Counted from the stretch's first letter, positions 24,765 through 39,099 are shown. The stretch: 64,000 nt of DNA from Octopus bimaculoides (GCF_001194135.2 NC_068985.1:83492268-83556267), one strand, 5' to 3'. Program-made: numbers and translations. The notes: a model not told the origin generated them from the sequence alone.

Positions 24765-24905
24765 TTATACACATATTTTTATAAATATTTAGCAGAAGTA
24801 ACAGGGTGACTCATATATTCACACACACACACACACACACACAAACATATATCATCACCGCCACTGCCGCCACCAGTACATATTGTATATATATATACAA
24901 TATAT

Positions 24906-24963
<58 letters not shown>

Positions 24964-25359
24964 ATATATATTGTATTTTAGGATGGTCATTTTTTAACTC
25001 ATGTCCATATATCTATATATAAGATATGTATCTTGTATATATAGATGTAAGTAGTACCTCTTGATTTCTTTTCTTTATGCGACTTTCTGCAAATTCCTGA
25101 GATTTGTGTTTGCATCCAAAATGGAGATGAACACCATTCCTCCATGTGATCAGCTTGAAAGATTGTTAGGATATCAAGATACCTTTTCTTAATATGAAAC
25201 CAATGGTAGCCTTAATACACAAATAAAGAAATTTTATCCACCAATGCAGTGTTGAGCACTCATTCTTGTGGTTCAACATTTACGTATATGTTATACATAT
25301 ATAATATAATATAGTATATATAATATACATATACACACACACACATACACACACATATA

Positions 25360-25599
25360 CAGAGTGACCAGAAAGTCTGAATTGTTGGAAGATTCATGAA
25401 TTGATGAATGAATGCACTCAAGTTCACGAAAATGTGGAGTTGTTGCATTGGGTTCCTGTGAATCTTGAAAATGAATCAAACTTTGCATCACTAATGGTGG
25501 AAACTATGTTGAAAAATGTTATTCATTAAAGTAGTTGAATGAAATTGCTGAAAATATGCACTATTTTTGCCATTGTATCCAGACTTTATAACCATACTG
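25360..25599 (+). mobile_element. Internally deleted Tc1/mariner derivative
   Basis: TA-CAG...CTG-TA ends with a weak TIR; retains the transposase C-terminal peptide IKLCITNGGNYVEK. Confidence 0.6.
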
Positions 25600-26634
25600 T
25601 ATGTGTTGGTACCATGGAAAGATCACCCAGGACACTCTGTAATGTGGTTGGCATTAGGAAAGGCGTCCAGCCATAGAAATCATGGCAAAACAGAGAATGA
25701 AGCCTGATGCAATCTTCTTGCTTTCCAGCTCCTGTTAAACTGTCCAACCCATGCCAGAATGGAAGGGCATTATAAAGTGGTGGTGGTGGTGGCGGTGGTG
25801 TCAGCGATAGTGGCAGCGGTGATGATGTATGTTTGTGTGTGTGTGTGTGTGTGTATGAGTCACCCTGTTAATTCTGCTAAATATTTATAAAAATATATGT
25901 ATACTCATATTCTGGGTTATATTTTACCTGTTTGCACCACCATACTTATATATATATATATATAGCCATGTAGTTGAGAAGCTTGCAGGTTCATTCCCAC
26001 TGTGTGGCACCTTGTGCACGTGTCTCCTGCTATTGCCTCGGGCCGACCTTGTGATATATATATATATAAATATGATATCAGAAAGTTTGCAGAGTATATG
26101 TACCATCACTGCACTGTCAGATAGAAATGCATGCTCAGTTAAAGCATATTGATTAACCAGCCTAATGAGTCAGTCAACGAATAAGCTCAGCTCTGCAATT
26201 ACTCCTCATCTTAGAATATCATAAAAGCTTTTATAACGATTGTATTAGAATGGCCCTGAGATTTTTACATCAGCTGAAAACCTTGAGTAACATGCCTGTG
26301 TCATATTTTGGACAAGCCTCTGCATATCTGATTCTTTAAGTCTAATACAGACTCTTGCATAGCATAGTATGTAGTACGTTTCTTTGCTGGTTGAGTGTCA
26401 GTCCAAGATTATGAGTGATTCGGCTCAGTAACCATGAGTAAATCCACAGAAACTGGGTGTCAGTGGTAGGACAATTTGGAGGTAGAGTTGTTATTACTGG
26501 TGCTAACAATTTCGAAGTTGTTGTAATTGGTGATGCTGGTGCGGGCCATAATAGTTGGCAATGCCAGTTGTGGTAGAAGTGGTGGTGGTGGTGGTGGTGG
26601 TGTAGGCAAGATTGAATTTGTGTATAAATTTGTG

Positions 26635-26669
<35 letters not shown>

Positions 26670-27006
26670 ATGCATGCGTGCTTTAATGTCTGTCAAACCA
26701 CCAACTTAAGAATCTAAGATAAAGTTAGAAAATCGTACTGTTGCTATACACCCTCATCCATTCTAGACACCACTGGTGAGCAGTTGAGTTCACTCTCACA
26801 GATTCCTGTGACTTTCTCTCACCATCCAATTCTCTTATTACAAATTTGAATTAGGAGCTTCAGGAATAGTGAATCTTTTATTAGCTGATTACACAACCAT
26901 GGACCTCATGCCAATGGATGCCACTGCCAAAGGGCAGCTTGTAACTATGCAGAGCACGGTCATCACACCTTGGAATATTTTCAAAATACCTGCATACCCA
27001 AATGCA

Positions 27007-27039
<33 letters not shown>

Positions 27040-27790
27040 CTATCTATCTATCTATCTAGATATATATATATATATATANNNNNNNNNNNNNNNNNNNNNN
27101 NNNNNNNNNNNNNNNNNNNNNNNNNNNNNNNNNNNNNNNNNNNNNNNNNNNNNNNNNNNNNNNNNNNNNNNNNNNNNNNNNNNNNNNNNNNNNNNNNNNN
27201 NNNNNNNNNNNNNNNNNNNNNNNNNNNNNNNNNNNNNNNNNNNNNNNNNNNNNNNNNNNNNNNNNNNNNNNNNNNNNNNNNNNNNNNNNNNNNNNNNNNN
27301 NNNNNNNNNNNNNNNNNNNNNNNNNNNNNNNNNNNNNNNNNNNNNNNNNNNNNNNNNNNNNNNNNNNNNNNNNNNNNNNNNNNNNNNNNNNNNNNNNNNN
27401 NNNNNNNNNNNNNNNNNNNNNNNNNNNNNNNNNNNNNNNNNNNNNNNNNNNNNNNNNNNNNNNNNNNNNNNNNNNNNNNNNNNNNNNNNNNNNNNNNNNN
27501 NNNNNNNNNNNNNNNNNNNNNNNNNNNNNNNNNNNNNNNNNNNNNNNNNNNNNNNNNNNNNNNNNNNNNNNNNNNNNNNNNNNNNNNNNNNNNNNNNNNN
27601 NNNNNNNNNNNNNNNNNNNNNNNNNNNNNNNNNNNNNNNNNNNNNNNNNNNNNNNNNNNNNNNNNNNNNNNNNNNNNNNNNNNNNNNNNNNNNNNNNNNN
27701 NNNNNNNNNNNNNNNNNNNNNNNNNNNNNNNNNNNTATATATATATATATTGGCATTTAGCAGAAGCATCAAAGAGACTCAAGGTTTGAT

Positions 27791-27827
27791 AGTTTCATGC
27801 ATTGGCACTCTGCCAATGCATGAAACT
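27791..27827. repeat. Perfect 17-bp inverted repeat with a 3-nt loop
   Basis: AGTTTCATGCATTGGCA-CTC-TGCCAATGCATGAAACT. Confidence 0.95.
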
Positions 27828-29153
27828 CTTGGGTTGTCAGTCACTTTGTTGCTTCTGCTAAATATTAATAAAAATATACATATACATGTATTTTGAATTT
27901 TATTTTTTCTGCATGCATCAGCATACCTATATATACACATATACACACATAAATATATATGTGTATAGATATATTGCAAGTGAAAGAAAACGCTCCCATA
28001 TTTTACACAGCCAGTGGTGTGGCACTAGAAAAATTCAGATGGTATCAGTTTCTTCATATAACAAATGCTTTGTCATTTCTGTGTTCAGTTCTCACCATGG
28101 TTTGAACAGTGAGCAGTGAGTAGTATGCATTTGTTATTTCAATGTTTTATGGTGAATATAAGGAGTTAATTTTTGGTGTATTATGTATTATTGTCTATAG
28201 AAAATACTGATATAATGTGATGGTGTTGGTTGTGGTGATGATGATGATGATAATGACAATGATGATGATGATGATGAGGAGGAGGAGGATTTAAATGGTG
28301 ATGGTGATTGCAATGCTGATGGAAATATTGATGATTTAGCACTTGCCTTAAAAAGTATGAAAAGCATAAAGCACTTTTTACTGAAAACAAATTAATAAAA
28401 ATGAAAAAAAAATTTTTTTTTTAATTTCCAAGAATGAAGAACAGAAAAATAAAAGAAGACAGAATGAAAATACGAAGCAGCAAAATGAAAAAAAAATCCT
28501 AAAAATTAAATAAATAAATATAATTTAATAATAAAAATAAGCAAAGCTAATGGTATATAAAACTGTAATTCTACAATCCTATACATTCTATAAAACATGA
28601 TGTTGTGCAGAGGAGCATTGTACATGGATGACTTCTTATATTTTATAGTGTGTCTCTTCCAAAACACTGGTTTATGAGTCTGTGATATTAAAAAAATAAT
28701 GTTTAAATGTTGACTGTATCTATTCATTGATATTTATTTAGTTGTAGTTTTGAATAATTTCTTCTATTTTGGGGAATAATTCTTGCAGAATACTAATAGA
28801 TTATTTTAAAAGGAAGGATTGGTCTTTCTCAGATATGTANNNNNNNNNNATATATATATGTATGTATATATTCTATTCAGTTTCTTCTTTCAAATGTTGA
28901 TATAAAGAACAAGCTGGTTTCTGCTGAAGAAACCAGTTCGTTCTTCATATCAGCATTAAGAAACAAAGATCCAGCATTTTATTGTTGATAACAACAGTAA
29001 AGTGTTGAATACAGTATGTATGTCTATAAATTATGTGTATTTATACTTGTGTGTGCTTGTACATATATATGCCTGTGTGTGTATGTGCATAAAATGATGA
29101 TATTATATACATGTGCCTGTGTGTATGTGCAGATGTAGATGTGTGTGTCTGAA

Positions 29154-29222
<69 letters not shown>

Positions 29223-29469
29223 TTAAATATATATTTAAAAGTCAATGTGAAAATTACTTGATACAGTTTTACTAAGTATAAAAAAGATTTATCTTTTATT
29301 TTTTTTAAACACACACATATATATATATATATGTTTGTGCATATATATTTTCTTATATATGTCTATATTTATAAATACACATGCAAAGGCTATGATCAGC
29401 CATTTTTGTGATGGGTTTTGCTTTTCCTTTTTCCAAGCGATGCCTGTGCATGATGATCTTTTATAGTGG

Positions 29470-29900
29470 GGAAAGGATTTTCACAAACCCAATCCCACCC
29501 TCTGAACATGGACAATATAAACTCGAAAAGAAGATCTAGTCTACATCATCGAATATTGTCGGTGTGGCAGGTTTTCTCTCAGAGTTTCCCTCTCCTAGAG
29601 AGATGTTGTGACAACAGAGAGGCCTCCCACTCCCACTGCGCCAACCAATCACATGGACACCAACCTAGATATTTCCACGTCCCTGTGCATATATACATGC
29701 ATGCATACACATGTATGCATTTTATTGGATGGCTACTGACTGCTCAGGAGCTCTTCTGCCCTTTCACAGGCTTTATTTTTCGCCCTGCAGGGTGTCCAAC
29801 CATCAGCCACCTTATCAAGCAAGCTTGATGGGATTGCCAGTTTAGCCACTGATGACCTGACCATGCAACAGGTTGTACTGGGTTACATGTTACCAGTAGC
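29470..29900 (-). mobile_element. Possible RTE-type LINE 5'-region fragments, split by a microsatellite
   Basis: Minus strand TCTAGGAGAGGGAAACTCTGA resembles a motif I recall from RTE 5' UTRs; not verified. Confidence 0.3.
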
Positions 29901-29980
29901 ACCCAAGAGTGACCTGACATACATATATATATACATATATATATATATGCATTGATGCACACACAGACACATATATATAT

Positions 29981-30395
29981 ACTCTTTACTCTTTTACTCT
30001 TCTACTTGTTTCAATCATTTGACTGCAGCCATGCTGGAGCACCGCCTTTAGTCAAGTAAATCGACTCCGGGACTTATTCTTTGTAAGCCTCGTACTTATT
30101 CTATCAGTCTCTTTTGCCAAACTGCTAAGTGACAAGGACATAAACACACCAGCATCGGTTGTCAAGCGATAGTGGGGGGACAAACACCGACACACAAATA
30201 CACAGACACACATATATATAAATATACATATATATGATGGGCTTCTTTCAGTTTCGGTCTACCAAATCCATTCACAAGGCTTTGGTCAGCCCGAGGCTAG
30301 AGTAGAAGACACTTGCCCAAGATGCTACGCAGTGGGACTGAACCCAGAACCATGTAGTTGGTTAGCAAGCTACTTACCACACAGCCACTCCTGCA

Positions 30396-30397
<2 letters not shown>
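29981..30397 (-). mobile_element. SINE family A, full length
   Basis: Close reverse-complement match to 2797-3212. Confidence 0.92.
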
Positions 30398-30467
<70 letters not shown>

Positions 30468-30839
30468 GTATGCATGTATGTGTATATANNNNNNNNNNNN
30501 NNNNNNNNNNNNNNNNNNNNNNNNNNNNNNNNNNNNNNNNNNNNNNNNNNNNNNNNNNNNNNNNNNNNNNNNNNNNNNNNNNNNNNNNNNNNNNNNNNNN
30601 NNNNNNNNNNNNNNNNNNNNNNNNNNNNNNNNNNNNNNNNNNNNNNNNNNNNNNNNNNNNNNNNNNNNNNNNNNNNNNNNNNNNNNNNNNNNNNNNNNNN
30701 NNNNNNNNNNNNNNNNNNNNNNNNNNNNNNNNNNNNNNNNNNNNNNNNNNNNNNNNNNNNNNNNNNNNNNNNNNNNNNNNNNNNNNNNNNNNNNNNNNNN
30801 NNNNNNNNNNNNNNNNNNNNNNNNNNNNNNNNNNNNNNN

Positions 30840-30879
<40 letters not shown>

Positions 30880-30939
30880 TAGATATATACATGCATACAT
30901 TCATACATAAAAAAACTGGTCACCAGGATAATTGTTTCA

Positions 30940-31100
30940 GTTGATCCCATGAATGAAACATCCACCTTGTGAAATTAACATGCAAGTGACTGAACACTGC
31001 ATGACATGCACACCCTTAATATAGTTCTCAGGGGGATTCAGTATAACACAGAATGTGACAAGGCTGGCCCTTTGAAAAACAGCTACTATTCGTTTTTGCC
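30940..31100 (-). mobile_element. SINE family C 3' fragment
   Basis: Matches 42420-42560. Confidence 0.75.
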
Positions 31101-31609
31101 AGCTGAGTGAGCTGGGGCAATGTGAAAGTAAAGTGTCTTGCTTAAGGACTCAACTCACTGACAGGAATTGAACCTACGACCTTATAATTATGTGCCAAAT
31201 ACCCCCAACCACACATGTCATACCCATAAATTCATACATATGCATAAGATGGCCGAAGTGTTAAAAAGTTTGCTTTAATCACAGTAATACAGGTTCAACT
31301 CCACTGTCTGGCATTTCAAGCCATTAGCATTCTTTAAAGCCTTAGATCAATTGATACCTCATATGTGAAATGAAATAGATGGAAACTATTTAGGAGACTG
31401 TCAGATAGATTGTAACTGTTATTCATAATGTACAGCCTTGTCATACATGTTACATGTGGGAATTACATTAAGGGTACATATGTCTGTGGAATACTCATCC
31501 ACTTCCATATTAATTTAGGTAATTCAGCTGGTTGAACAAATTGAATTACCACTATTGAATGATGGAAATTCATCCATTTGCATATAAATGTGTGTGTGTG
31601 CGTGTCTGT

Positions 31610-31830
31610 GGAGGCACATGGCTTAGTGGGTAGGGTGTTGGACTCATTATTGTAAAATTCTGGTTTTGATTGCTGGGCCTGGCGATACGATGTGTTCTTG
31701 AGCAAAACATTTCATTTCCTGTTGCTCCAGTCCACTCAGCTGGTAAAAATAGGTTATCCTGCAATGAATTGGTGGTATATATACACCACAGAACCTGGGA
31801 AACTGGCCTTATGAGCCTGTGGCTCAGGAA
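31610..31830 (+). mobile_element. tRNA-headed SINE family D
   Basis: TGGCTTAGTGG A-box-like head; homologous to 55470-55715. Confidence 0.7.
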
Positions 31831-31929
31831 GGACCTTTAGTTCTTTTCTGATATGTAGAATAAGAATAGAGAAAATCATAAAGATATCTGCTTGGATTTG
31901 CTAATCCCTTTTACTTCTTATCATATATA

Positions 31930-32310
31930 TCATCATCATCATCATCATCATCTAATATTTACTGTCCATTCTTGCATGGGTTAGGTAGTTTAACCAGGGC
32001 TGGTAAGCTGAGGGGCTGCACCAGACTCCAGTCTGATTTTGAAAGGTTTCTATGGTTGGATGCCCTTCCTAACACCAACAACTCCGCAAGTGTAATAGGT
32101 GCCAGCTGTGTGACACCAGTATCTGCCACAACTATCACCAAGGGTCTTGGTCATTTGTCATTGCCTCTGTCAGGCCAAATTCTCGCAAGGTGCATTTTAC
32201 ATGCCACCAGCATGGGTGTTAATTACACGACACTGGCATCAGCCACGTTGCCTGTGTGAGGCCCAATGCTCAATTGGTACTTTTTACATACCACTGGCAT
32301 GGGTGCCATA
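31930..32310 (-). mobile_element. Family B repeat with a repetitive upstream region
   Basis: Core GGATGCCCTTCCTAACACCAAC plus two TTTTACAT(G/A)CCAC repeat units. Confidence 0.75.
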
Positions 32311-32324
32311 TATATCTATATCTA

Positions 32325-32359
<35 letters not shown>

Positions 32360-32525
32360 NNNNNNNNNNNNNNNNNNNNNNNNNNNNNNNNNNNNNNNNN
32401 NNNNNNNNNNNNNNNNNNNNNNNNNNAGTCAGATACACACACATACACATATCTGCACACACAACTGCACTCATGTACACATATGTTCATACACAGAGAT
32501 GTACATAATTTCAGCATACTCTACC

Positions 32526-32559
<34 letters not shown>

Positions 32560-32580
32560 GTATATATATATATGTATATG

Positions 32581-32611
<31 letters not shown>

Positions 32612-34839
32612 TTAACCAAAATTCTTTTATCTTGCATCATGTGGCATAAATCTACCACCCTCAGTATTGCATACAGCTCAGTTTAATGGGATCTTTGCCT
32701 TGGTTAGTTAGTTGGTGACCACATAAGTGTCAGTGCCATGTAAAAAAAAAAAAACATCCTGTATACTCTGTGAAGTGGCTGGCATAAGGAAGGGTATCCA
32801 GCTGTAGAAAGAAATCAGACCCAAGCAGATATTTGACCTTGAGGCATTTTCTCTGACTCATTTGCACCATGCTGGCATGGAAAACAGATTTTAGATAGTG
32901 ATGATGATGATGATTGTGAAATAAATTTTTTGTGTAAACCCCTCAAGTTTGTAGCAAATTACCATTGGAATAAAAAACAACTTGTTTCAGGATTATATGC
33001 CGTTGTCAGGTCATACTTTAATTCTAAACCCATGGCTTTGCAAAGAGAATAGCCATTAGTCATATATAAAATTGGCAGCTTGGGTTTAAAGAAAGTAAGT
33101 TAATTTGCATATTGTGTTGATTGGAGAATTGTTCAAAGCTTTCTCTGTTGCGTAAAACCTGAAACAGTCAGTATAAAAGGAAATATATTTTTATGTTTAT
33201 ACCATCGCCATCATTAGTTTTATGTTCACTGTTTCCACTCTGGCATGCATTATTTGAGACCTCATGAAACAATGTTCTCGGACCAGATTCTCATCTTGAT
33301 GACAACCTTTGCTTGTTTTCATTTGAACTACTTCATTCCATGTCTCTGCGCATTGAATTGTGCAAAGTCATTCAAATTACTGAGTTATATGTATTGCTAT
33401 GTAGAAGAGGCCAAATAACACTTGTGTACTCTTTGCCTCTGGATGCTTATAGTGTCAGTGACAATATAGGAAAATTTTGGTTCTTCTTTTGACAGTTTTG
33501 TGTTTCAAGTTTTGTTGTTTTATTTGTTTACATGAATTATTATTAGTACTGATGGGATAATTTTGGATACAAAACTATAAGACTACAAGAACTCAGGATG
33601 AAATTTTTATGTGTTCAAAAATAAATCAGCACAGGTGTTAAAGTATTGGAAAGAATGCCTTGCAGTGTTGCAGTATTTGTTCTAACCCTCAGCACGCTGA
33701 GTTCAAATCCTGTCAAGATCAACTTTGGCTTTCATTCTTTTAGAACTGGTAAAAAAAAGTAACAACCCAGAATGGTGGATTGGCAGAAATGCAAGAACAT
33801 TGGACTAGATGTTTTACAGTATTTGTTCTATCTTTCTAGGTTCTGAGTTCAAATACAATCATAATCTCCTTGAATGGTAGTTTTAATCTGCCACGATGTC
33901 TAACACCACCAGTTGACACCTTTGAATGCCTTTAGTCTAGTCTACACTGCTACAAACATTTAGACCAGGTCTCTGATTTAAAGATGCCTCCCTCCCACAT
34001 GTCTCAAAGACCCAGTGGAGAGTCATAGGCACTGCAGTTCTTTCCTGACGGATCGATAAAAACATGTCATATCTGCATAAGTAGGGCAAATGTGACATAT
34101 AATAATGAATGTAGCTTAAAAACTGGATAAATAAATGAATAAATAAATTTCATAACAGATCAGGAAAAAAAAAAGAAAGAAAGAAACCTTTTTTTTTTTC
34201 CAAGATTTACTGAACTTGAAATAATAAATCATAATTTATCATTTGCATGCACTTAAATTTTAATTTCTATATAATTTTTCTTCTTTAAAAATTTATTTCT
34301 ATTTCTATTTCATATTTCTTAGCATTAGGCTAAAGTCTAATTATGACCAAAATTTTGAGATGAATAATTACTGATACATAACACCTCCAACTCATCTGCA
34401 TTGCTGTCTTATTCATTCCATCTTCAAATACTTACTTAAAGGATCTCACCAGATATTCTTGTAAACCACAAGCTATATGTGTATTCCCTCCCAGTTTAGC
34501 ATCAACAATCACCATTCACCTACACCCTTTATTCACCTTTTGCTGTTCCTCCCACCCTCGTCCCTATCCTCCCTAATGGTACTAAGGTAAAATGCTTCCA
34601 GTGAACCCTGATAAGTAAGGGCTTAAGAGGTCCCTGATAGTCATGTCAAATTCTTCATCACTATGCCACATAAAGATGCACCCATTCAACTCAGTATATT
34701 AGTTGGTGTCAGGAAAGGTATCCAGCTATACATGATTTGGTCCTTCAATCCATCTATGAACACACTAATGATCTGTCCAATTCATGCAAGCAGAGAAAGA
34801 AGAGATGACACGATGATGACAATAATAATAATAATAATA

Positions 34840-34884
<45 letters not shown>

Positions 34885-34899
34885 GTTGTTGTTATTATT

Positions 34900-35113
34900 A
34901 AGGTGGTGAACTGGCAGAATTGTTAGCATGCTGGATAAAATGCTTTAGTGGTATTTCGCCCGCCACTATTTTTTGAGTTCAAATTCTGCTGAGGTCAACT
35001 TTGCCTTTCATCCTTTTCAGGTCAATAAAATAAGTACCAGTTGAACACTGGGGTTGATGTAATCGACTCATCCCTTTCCCCAAAATTGCTGCCCTTGTGG
35101 AAAAATTTGAAAC

Positions 35114-35115
<2 letters not shown>
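34900..35115 (+). mobile_element. tRNA-derived SINE family E (central domain resembles the Meta/Sauria-SINE domain)
   Basis: TGGCAGAATTG A-box, GAGTTCAAATTC B-box, GGTCAACTTTGCCTTTCATCCTTT...AAGTACCAGT; flanked by (ATT)n. Confidence 0.8.
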
Positions 35116-35159
<44 letters not shown>

Positions 35160-35685
35160 GAGTGAGCGAGCAGTGCATGCCATCAAAGTGACACTGGGGT
35201 AAAATATATGAAGCCCAGTATACCCATCATGACTACCCATCTGATAAGGGTACACCAGGTACATGCATCACAACCATATGTACGCAACTTGGTGACGTCA
35301 TATCAAGATAAACAGTGCATGACTTTGCAGGTGGGGCCCAGTTAGAATTTTCTTCAGGTTGAGTAGCCCATCCCACTCAAAAGGTCCCTGAATAAGGGTT
35401 GTTTGAGGATGTTGAATGAAACACCCAGAAGTGAATTATTCAAATCCCGAAGAATTCCACTCAACACATGACTATGATGCTCCCCCACTACTTCTGCTCG
35501 TGATCAGAGATGCACATATCGTCAGCCACTAAGGGACATGCTCAATTGTAGTATTGAGCAGAATATTTGCTGTAGCCCATCTTTTATACCAAGACAAAGC
35601 AATATACATGACAACACTTCCAATCAGTTAAGATCAGAAGCCATGAAAGCCACTGTCTGGTACTGCATCAGGGCATTTATTATTA
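35160..35685 (-). mobile_element. Dispersed repeat family F (about 520 bp, between (ATT)n tracts)
   Basis: Partial second copy at about 36740-36910 (CAGAGATGCACATAT...CAGCCACTAA...GAGCAGAATATTTGCT). Confidence 0.65.
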
Positions 35686-35701
35686 TTGTTGTTGTTATTT
35701 G

Positions 35702-35758
<57 letters not shown>

Positions 35759-37140
35759 GTTGTTGTTGTTGTTATTCTTATCATTATTGTTATTGTTTTT
35801 TGTTTCGTTTTTTTTTTTTTTTTTTTTTTTTTCCTGGAATCAAATCCAAGCCAAATTAATAATATGTAGACAAGCACAGCAAATACAACAGTTTATAGCA
35901 AATATAAAATCCAACTGTTGAAATATAATGTTTTAGAAAACTGCGGTGTTGAGTCTGGAAATAAAAAAATCACTAGAAAAAAAACGGTTGTTCAAAAATT
36001 GATTCCATGAATACCTTAGGGTGACAGCTGGAAACATTTCTAGTTTCACAAGATGTCACTTTCTTTTAGTTATGAAACAAGCAGTAAAATGATGCCAATT
36101 TCAATAAATGGAGCTATAAATATTGCAAGCACTAGGTGAATGTAATGTATGAACATAATTTGCTAGAAGAGTTAGTTAATTAGCTGAAGGAGTATGACAA
36201 TTAATTTTCATTAATGTAAACCCATAATAATATTATTATATTCAAAGGTAACCATACTAGAAATGCAAATGTTCATAGCAGCCATATTTGTATAATAAAT
36301 AAATGAAACTAGTGATGTATACAAGAAATATATACAGGTATAATAAATCTTAACCACATTTGGTTGCAACAATGTAATTAGTTATAATGATAATGATTTA
36401 TTACATTCACATATGAACATACATTTGTAGAACGGGTATAGTCAATTGAATTGATCTACCATGCATTCCTCAATATATAACTGGAGTTCTGTTTTGACTC
36501 TGTGAGATTTAATAATGATAAACAGCAAAGACCATCCGAGTTTATTTGAAGAGATAGAAAAATAATTTATTTTAACAAAAGAATCTGATTTTCTTTGTCC
36601 TTCTACCATATTGCTCTAACAACAACAATGATAACAACAATAATAACACTGTAACACGATTTTTGTCCTTGGATGGCAACTGTTATTTCCTATTTGCTTA
36701 CCCCTAGAAAGTATGAATAATGGTAATATTTTCCTCAAACTTTGCTTTTGTTACATTTATTCAAATCTCAAAGAATCCTTCTCCAATGCTCTTGCTCATG
36801 GTCAGAGATGCACATATACTCAGCCACTAAAGGACATGCTCAAGTGGTTATGGTCAAGTAAATGACAGATAGATTTGTGCTATTGAGCAGAATATTTGCT
36901 ATAACAATATTTCTGCTTCAGCAATTCAGTGCTGAATCTGCCTGAAATGTAATGGAAAATAGGCCAGTTTCAAAATATTGATGTCCAGGTCATAAAAAGC
37001 AAAGTTTGAAAGGAATAGTAGTCATTTCCTTTGATTTCTAGTTAGAAGCAAATAGGAAATAACACTTACTGACCAAAGGCAAAACAAAAAAATGAAATAA
37101 AATTTTGTTACACAGTGTAATTCATCATCATCATATCACC

Positions 37141-37178
<38 letters not shown>

Positions 37179-37319
37179 CATTTAATATCTGTCTTCCATG
37201 CTAGCATTGATTGCACAGTTTGACAGGAGCTGGTATGCCTGAGGACTGCACCAAGTTCCACAGTTTGCTTTAGCATGATTTTTGCAGCTGGATGCCCTTC
37301 TTAACATTAATCGCTTACT

Positions 37320-38205
37320 TTCTAAATTTGGCACAAGGCCAGCAGTTTTGAGGTGAGGATTTAGTCTGCTGTGTTGAGTGGTATTTCATTTTATTGAATT
37401 GCTACCCCAAAGGATGAAAGGCAAAGTTGACCTTGGCTGGATTTGAACCCAGAATGTTGAGTGGCTCAACTAAACGCCACAAGGCATTTTGTTCAGAAAA
37501 CATGCTGAAGATTCTATCAATCAGCTGCCTTTATTGTTTCTAACCCCAGTACTTGACTAATACTATACTTTGCTGACCCCTGGAAGGATGGAGAGTAAAG
37601 CAGAACTCAGTCAGATATTGAGCACAGAGGTTTAAAAAAAAAGGCCACAATGAATACTACAAGGTATTTTGGCCAATTCATTAATGATTTGATCAATCCA
37701 TCACTTTAATAATAATGATAATAATGAGGGCAGCGAGCTGGCAGAATCGTTAGCACTCCGGTTGAAATGCCTAGTGGCATTTCATCTGCCATTACGTTCT
37801 GAGTTCAAATTCCGCCAAGATCAACTTTGCCTTTCATCCTTTCAGGGTCGATTAAATAAGTACCAGTTATGCACTGGAGTCGACATAATTGACTTAATCC
37901 CTTTGTCTGTCCTTGTTTGTCCTCTCTATATTTAGCCCCCTGTGGGCAATAAAGAAATAAATAATGATGATTTCACATTTTGGTACAAGGCTAACAAGAT
38001 CAGGGAGTGGGTGGATCAATTACATTGATCCCAGTGTTCAACTGGTAGTTATTTTATCGACCCTGAAAGAATGAAAAGCAAAGCTGACCTTAGTGGAATT
38101 TGAACTCTGAACATAAAAACAGACAAAATGCCACTAAGCATTTTGCCCAGCACCCTAATGATTCTGCCAGCCCACCACCTTAATAATAATAATAATAATA
38201 ATAAT

Positions 38206-38265
<60 letters not shown>

Positions 38266-38727
38266 AATAATAATAATGGTTTCAAATTTTAGCACAAAGT
38301 CAGAAATTTGGAGGTAGGGTTTAAGTCAATTATATCGACCCCAGTGTTCAACTGATACTTATTTTATCAATTCTGAAGGGATGAAAGACAAAGTCAACTT
38401 TGGTGGAATATAAATTCAAAATGTGAAGACAGACAAAATGCTGCTAAGCATTCTGCCATCTCACTGCCTTAATTTAATAATAATAATAATGATAATGATA
38501 ATAATAATAATTATTCCAAATTTTGGCACAAAGCCAGCAATTTCGGGGGAGAGGATAAGTCAATTACATTGATCCCAGTGTTCAACTGATACTTATTTTA
38601 TCAACCCTGAGAAGATGAAAGGGAAGGTCAACCTTGGTGGAATTTGAACTCAAAACATAAAGTTGGATGAAATACCACTAAGCATTTTGCGCGGCATGCT
38701 AACACTTTTGCCAGCTCACCACCTTAA
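37320..38727. mobile_element. Cluster of six family E SINE copies separated by (AAT)n/(AAC)n
   Basis: Copies at about 37320, 37545, 37975, 38280 and 38517 (minus) and 37729-37960 (plus). Confidence 0.85.
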
Positions 38728-39099
38728 ATAATAATAATGTTAAGGATTTTGTCAGTATAAGCTAAATAATTCATAGTTGTGAAAATGCGTGATTAAGTAG
38801 TTAGATTGTTGGACACACCTTATAGGTTGTGAGTTTGAATTTTGGACTAAGCTTTATGTTATGTCCTTGAAGAAGGCACTTCATTTGACATTGCTACAGT
38901 TTATTCAACAGAAATGGTACCATATAAGAATAACATCCAAGTGCTGGTACAAACTTCTCTGGTACAAACTCCTCTGGCTGTTACATCCTGGGTGCTTCAA
39001 CAGGTAAAAAAGTAAGAGGTCTGAGAGCGTATCTACGTCTGCTCTTGACACCATACATTCTAAATACAATCAGAGATTCTATAGCTACTAAGTCATATT

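Noticed and set aside
26860-27000. Hydrophobic minus-strand peptide GILKIFQGVMTVLCIVTS, reminiscent of MARVEL-domain starts
   Set aside because: Weak acceptor and donor, an early stop, and equally plausible alternative frames
29850-29880. CTGATGA word suggesting another hammerhead
   Set aside because: No downstream stem-GAAA, so the core is incomplete
35600-35685. Possible 5S rRNA-derived head of family F
   Set aside because: Similarity to 5S is limited to a few short words; not convincing by eye
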